A DNA stretch of 64,000 nt from IMG/VR virus record IMGVR_UViG_3300009376_000001; one strand, given 5' to 3'. Position 1 is the stretch's first letter. Each line of letters opens with the position of its first letter. Source of the DNA: a virus. Positions 62,936 through 64,000 of this stretch are shown in pieces. The position numbers and the translations under genes are program-made. The notes under the pieces are model-generated. The model searched no databases. It was not told the origin of the DNA and saw nothing but the letters and a program-made list of their open reading frames with translations.

Positions 62936-63516
62936 ATGGAATTATATGAAGTTGAATCAACACGATGGTATTACTCATCCGTATTTTATAGAGTTCTTGC
63001 CGATAGTCACCAAGATGCTTGGCAACGTGCCGATAAAATGGAAAGAGGTGTAGTAGAAACTTCTGCTACAGACCCAGAATGGAACGGTGAAGAAGAATAT
63101 TTAAATGCAGTGATAATAGAAACGGCACATGATTTATTCCCCTCTGATGATATCGAGTATGACCATACTAATTGTCAATATATTGGAAATAATCTATGGA
63201 ACTGTGGTCACTCTGATTTACCGGACTTAGGGGAAAATGAATGGATACAACTACCGTTATTTAAATATCCGGGGGAAGCATAATGGAACATCTATGTGAA
63301 GAACCTACATGCAAATATATAGGGGTTATGAATAACCAAGACACATGGATATGTAGCCATTCAGATAATCCTAAAGCCCCAGGAATAGTGAGATACGCTA
63401 AAAAGCCTGCTATATCGCCTGCTACATGGAATGAATGGTTCGAAAAATGGTCAGTATTACTGGACGGCACAGCTTTAGAAGAAGCTAATTTACTATATAA
63501 CAAAACTAATGTATAA
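62936..63516 (+). CDS. Two hypothetical genes (62936-63283, 63283-63516)
   Basis: Translationally coupled ORFs. Confidence 0.5.
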
Positions 63517-63629
63517 ATTATTAAAAAAAAGGAGTTCTATGTTTAATACTTGGATGATGGTCACTAATGCTGTAATTATGTTAGGAGTATGGACAACTTT
63601 TATCTGTTTAATCACTGGAGTTATCTAAT

Positions 63630-64000
63630 ATGGGACGACCTAAAGGTTCAAAAAATAAACCAAAAGAACCACAAATTGACCCTAATGCTAAGAAACGAGG
63701 ACGACCAGTAGGTAGTAAAAACGTGGTCTTACCTCCGAAAGCAGAAGGAACTATAGAACCGATACATGGCTTTCAAGAAGTTATGAAAGCGTTTGGTCTT
63801 ACAGAATATATGAACTACGCTAATATTCCTGATATGGAATTAAAGCCTGATGATATGGAAAAGGCTGTAGAGCGATACCATGAACGGTTCTCAACACTAC
63901 CTAAACGAGTAGTAATACATGAGCGTAATGAACATTTATTGCCGTATCTCTATTCACATGTACCTGATATAGAAGCAGGACTTGTACTTAGTACTGCAAT
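63630..64000 (+). CDS. AT-hook protein (partial)
   Basis: MGRPKGSKNK...KKRGRPVGSKN; open to the window end; GGAG RBS. Confidence 0.6.
   Translation, partial: MGRPKGSKNKPKEPQIDPNAKKRGRPVGSKNVVLPPKAEGTIEPIHGFQEVMKAFGLTEYMNYANIPDMELKPDDMEKAVERYHERFSTLPKRVVIHERNEHLLPYLYSHVPDIEAGLVLSTA

Noticed and set aside
1-64000. Genome-wide TGA reassignment
   Set aside because: Many genes end in TGA with normal ATGA-type coupling; only the 14397 site shows a convincing in-frame continuation.

Overview
A 64-kb segment of a large tailed-phage genome with a bacterial host (sigma70 promoters, AGGAG RBS, dnaX). Positions 1-20.7 kb (minus strand) hold fibre-like virion proteins, major capsid, scaffold, a 970-aa prohead protease, putative internal head proteins and DnaX. 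Positions 20.8-36 kb (plus strand) hold accessory and DNA-metabolism genes. Positions 38-64 kb are an early-type region of promoter-small gene-terminator cassettes with tRNA-Leu(TAA) and a Ycf46-like AAA module. The main result is a TIGR-Tas-like RNA-guided system. It has about 57 units of 36 nt (AATGAATCA-N9-ANAGTAYCA-N9) at 33550-35803 and satellite units at 23845, 31336 and 33141. Its likely partner is a nuclease-less Nop/IS110-related TasA-like gene 10 kb away (22498-23598). Other notable items are an in-frame UGA in a CxxU context followed by a bSECIS-like hairpin in a head-module gene, 23 exact co-oriented CTTTTCCTTA boxes punctuating the early cassettes, and a second, ECF-type promoter class. 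All family calls come from motif recognition by eye; no database searches were run.
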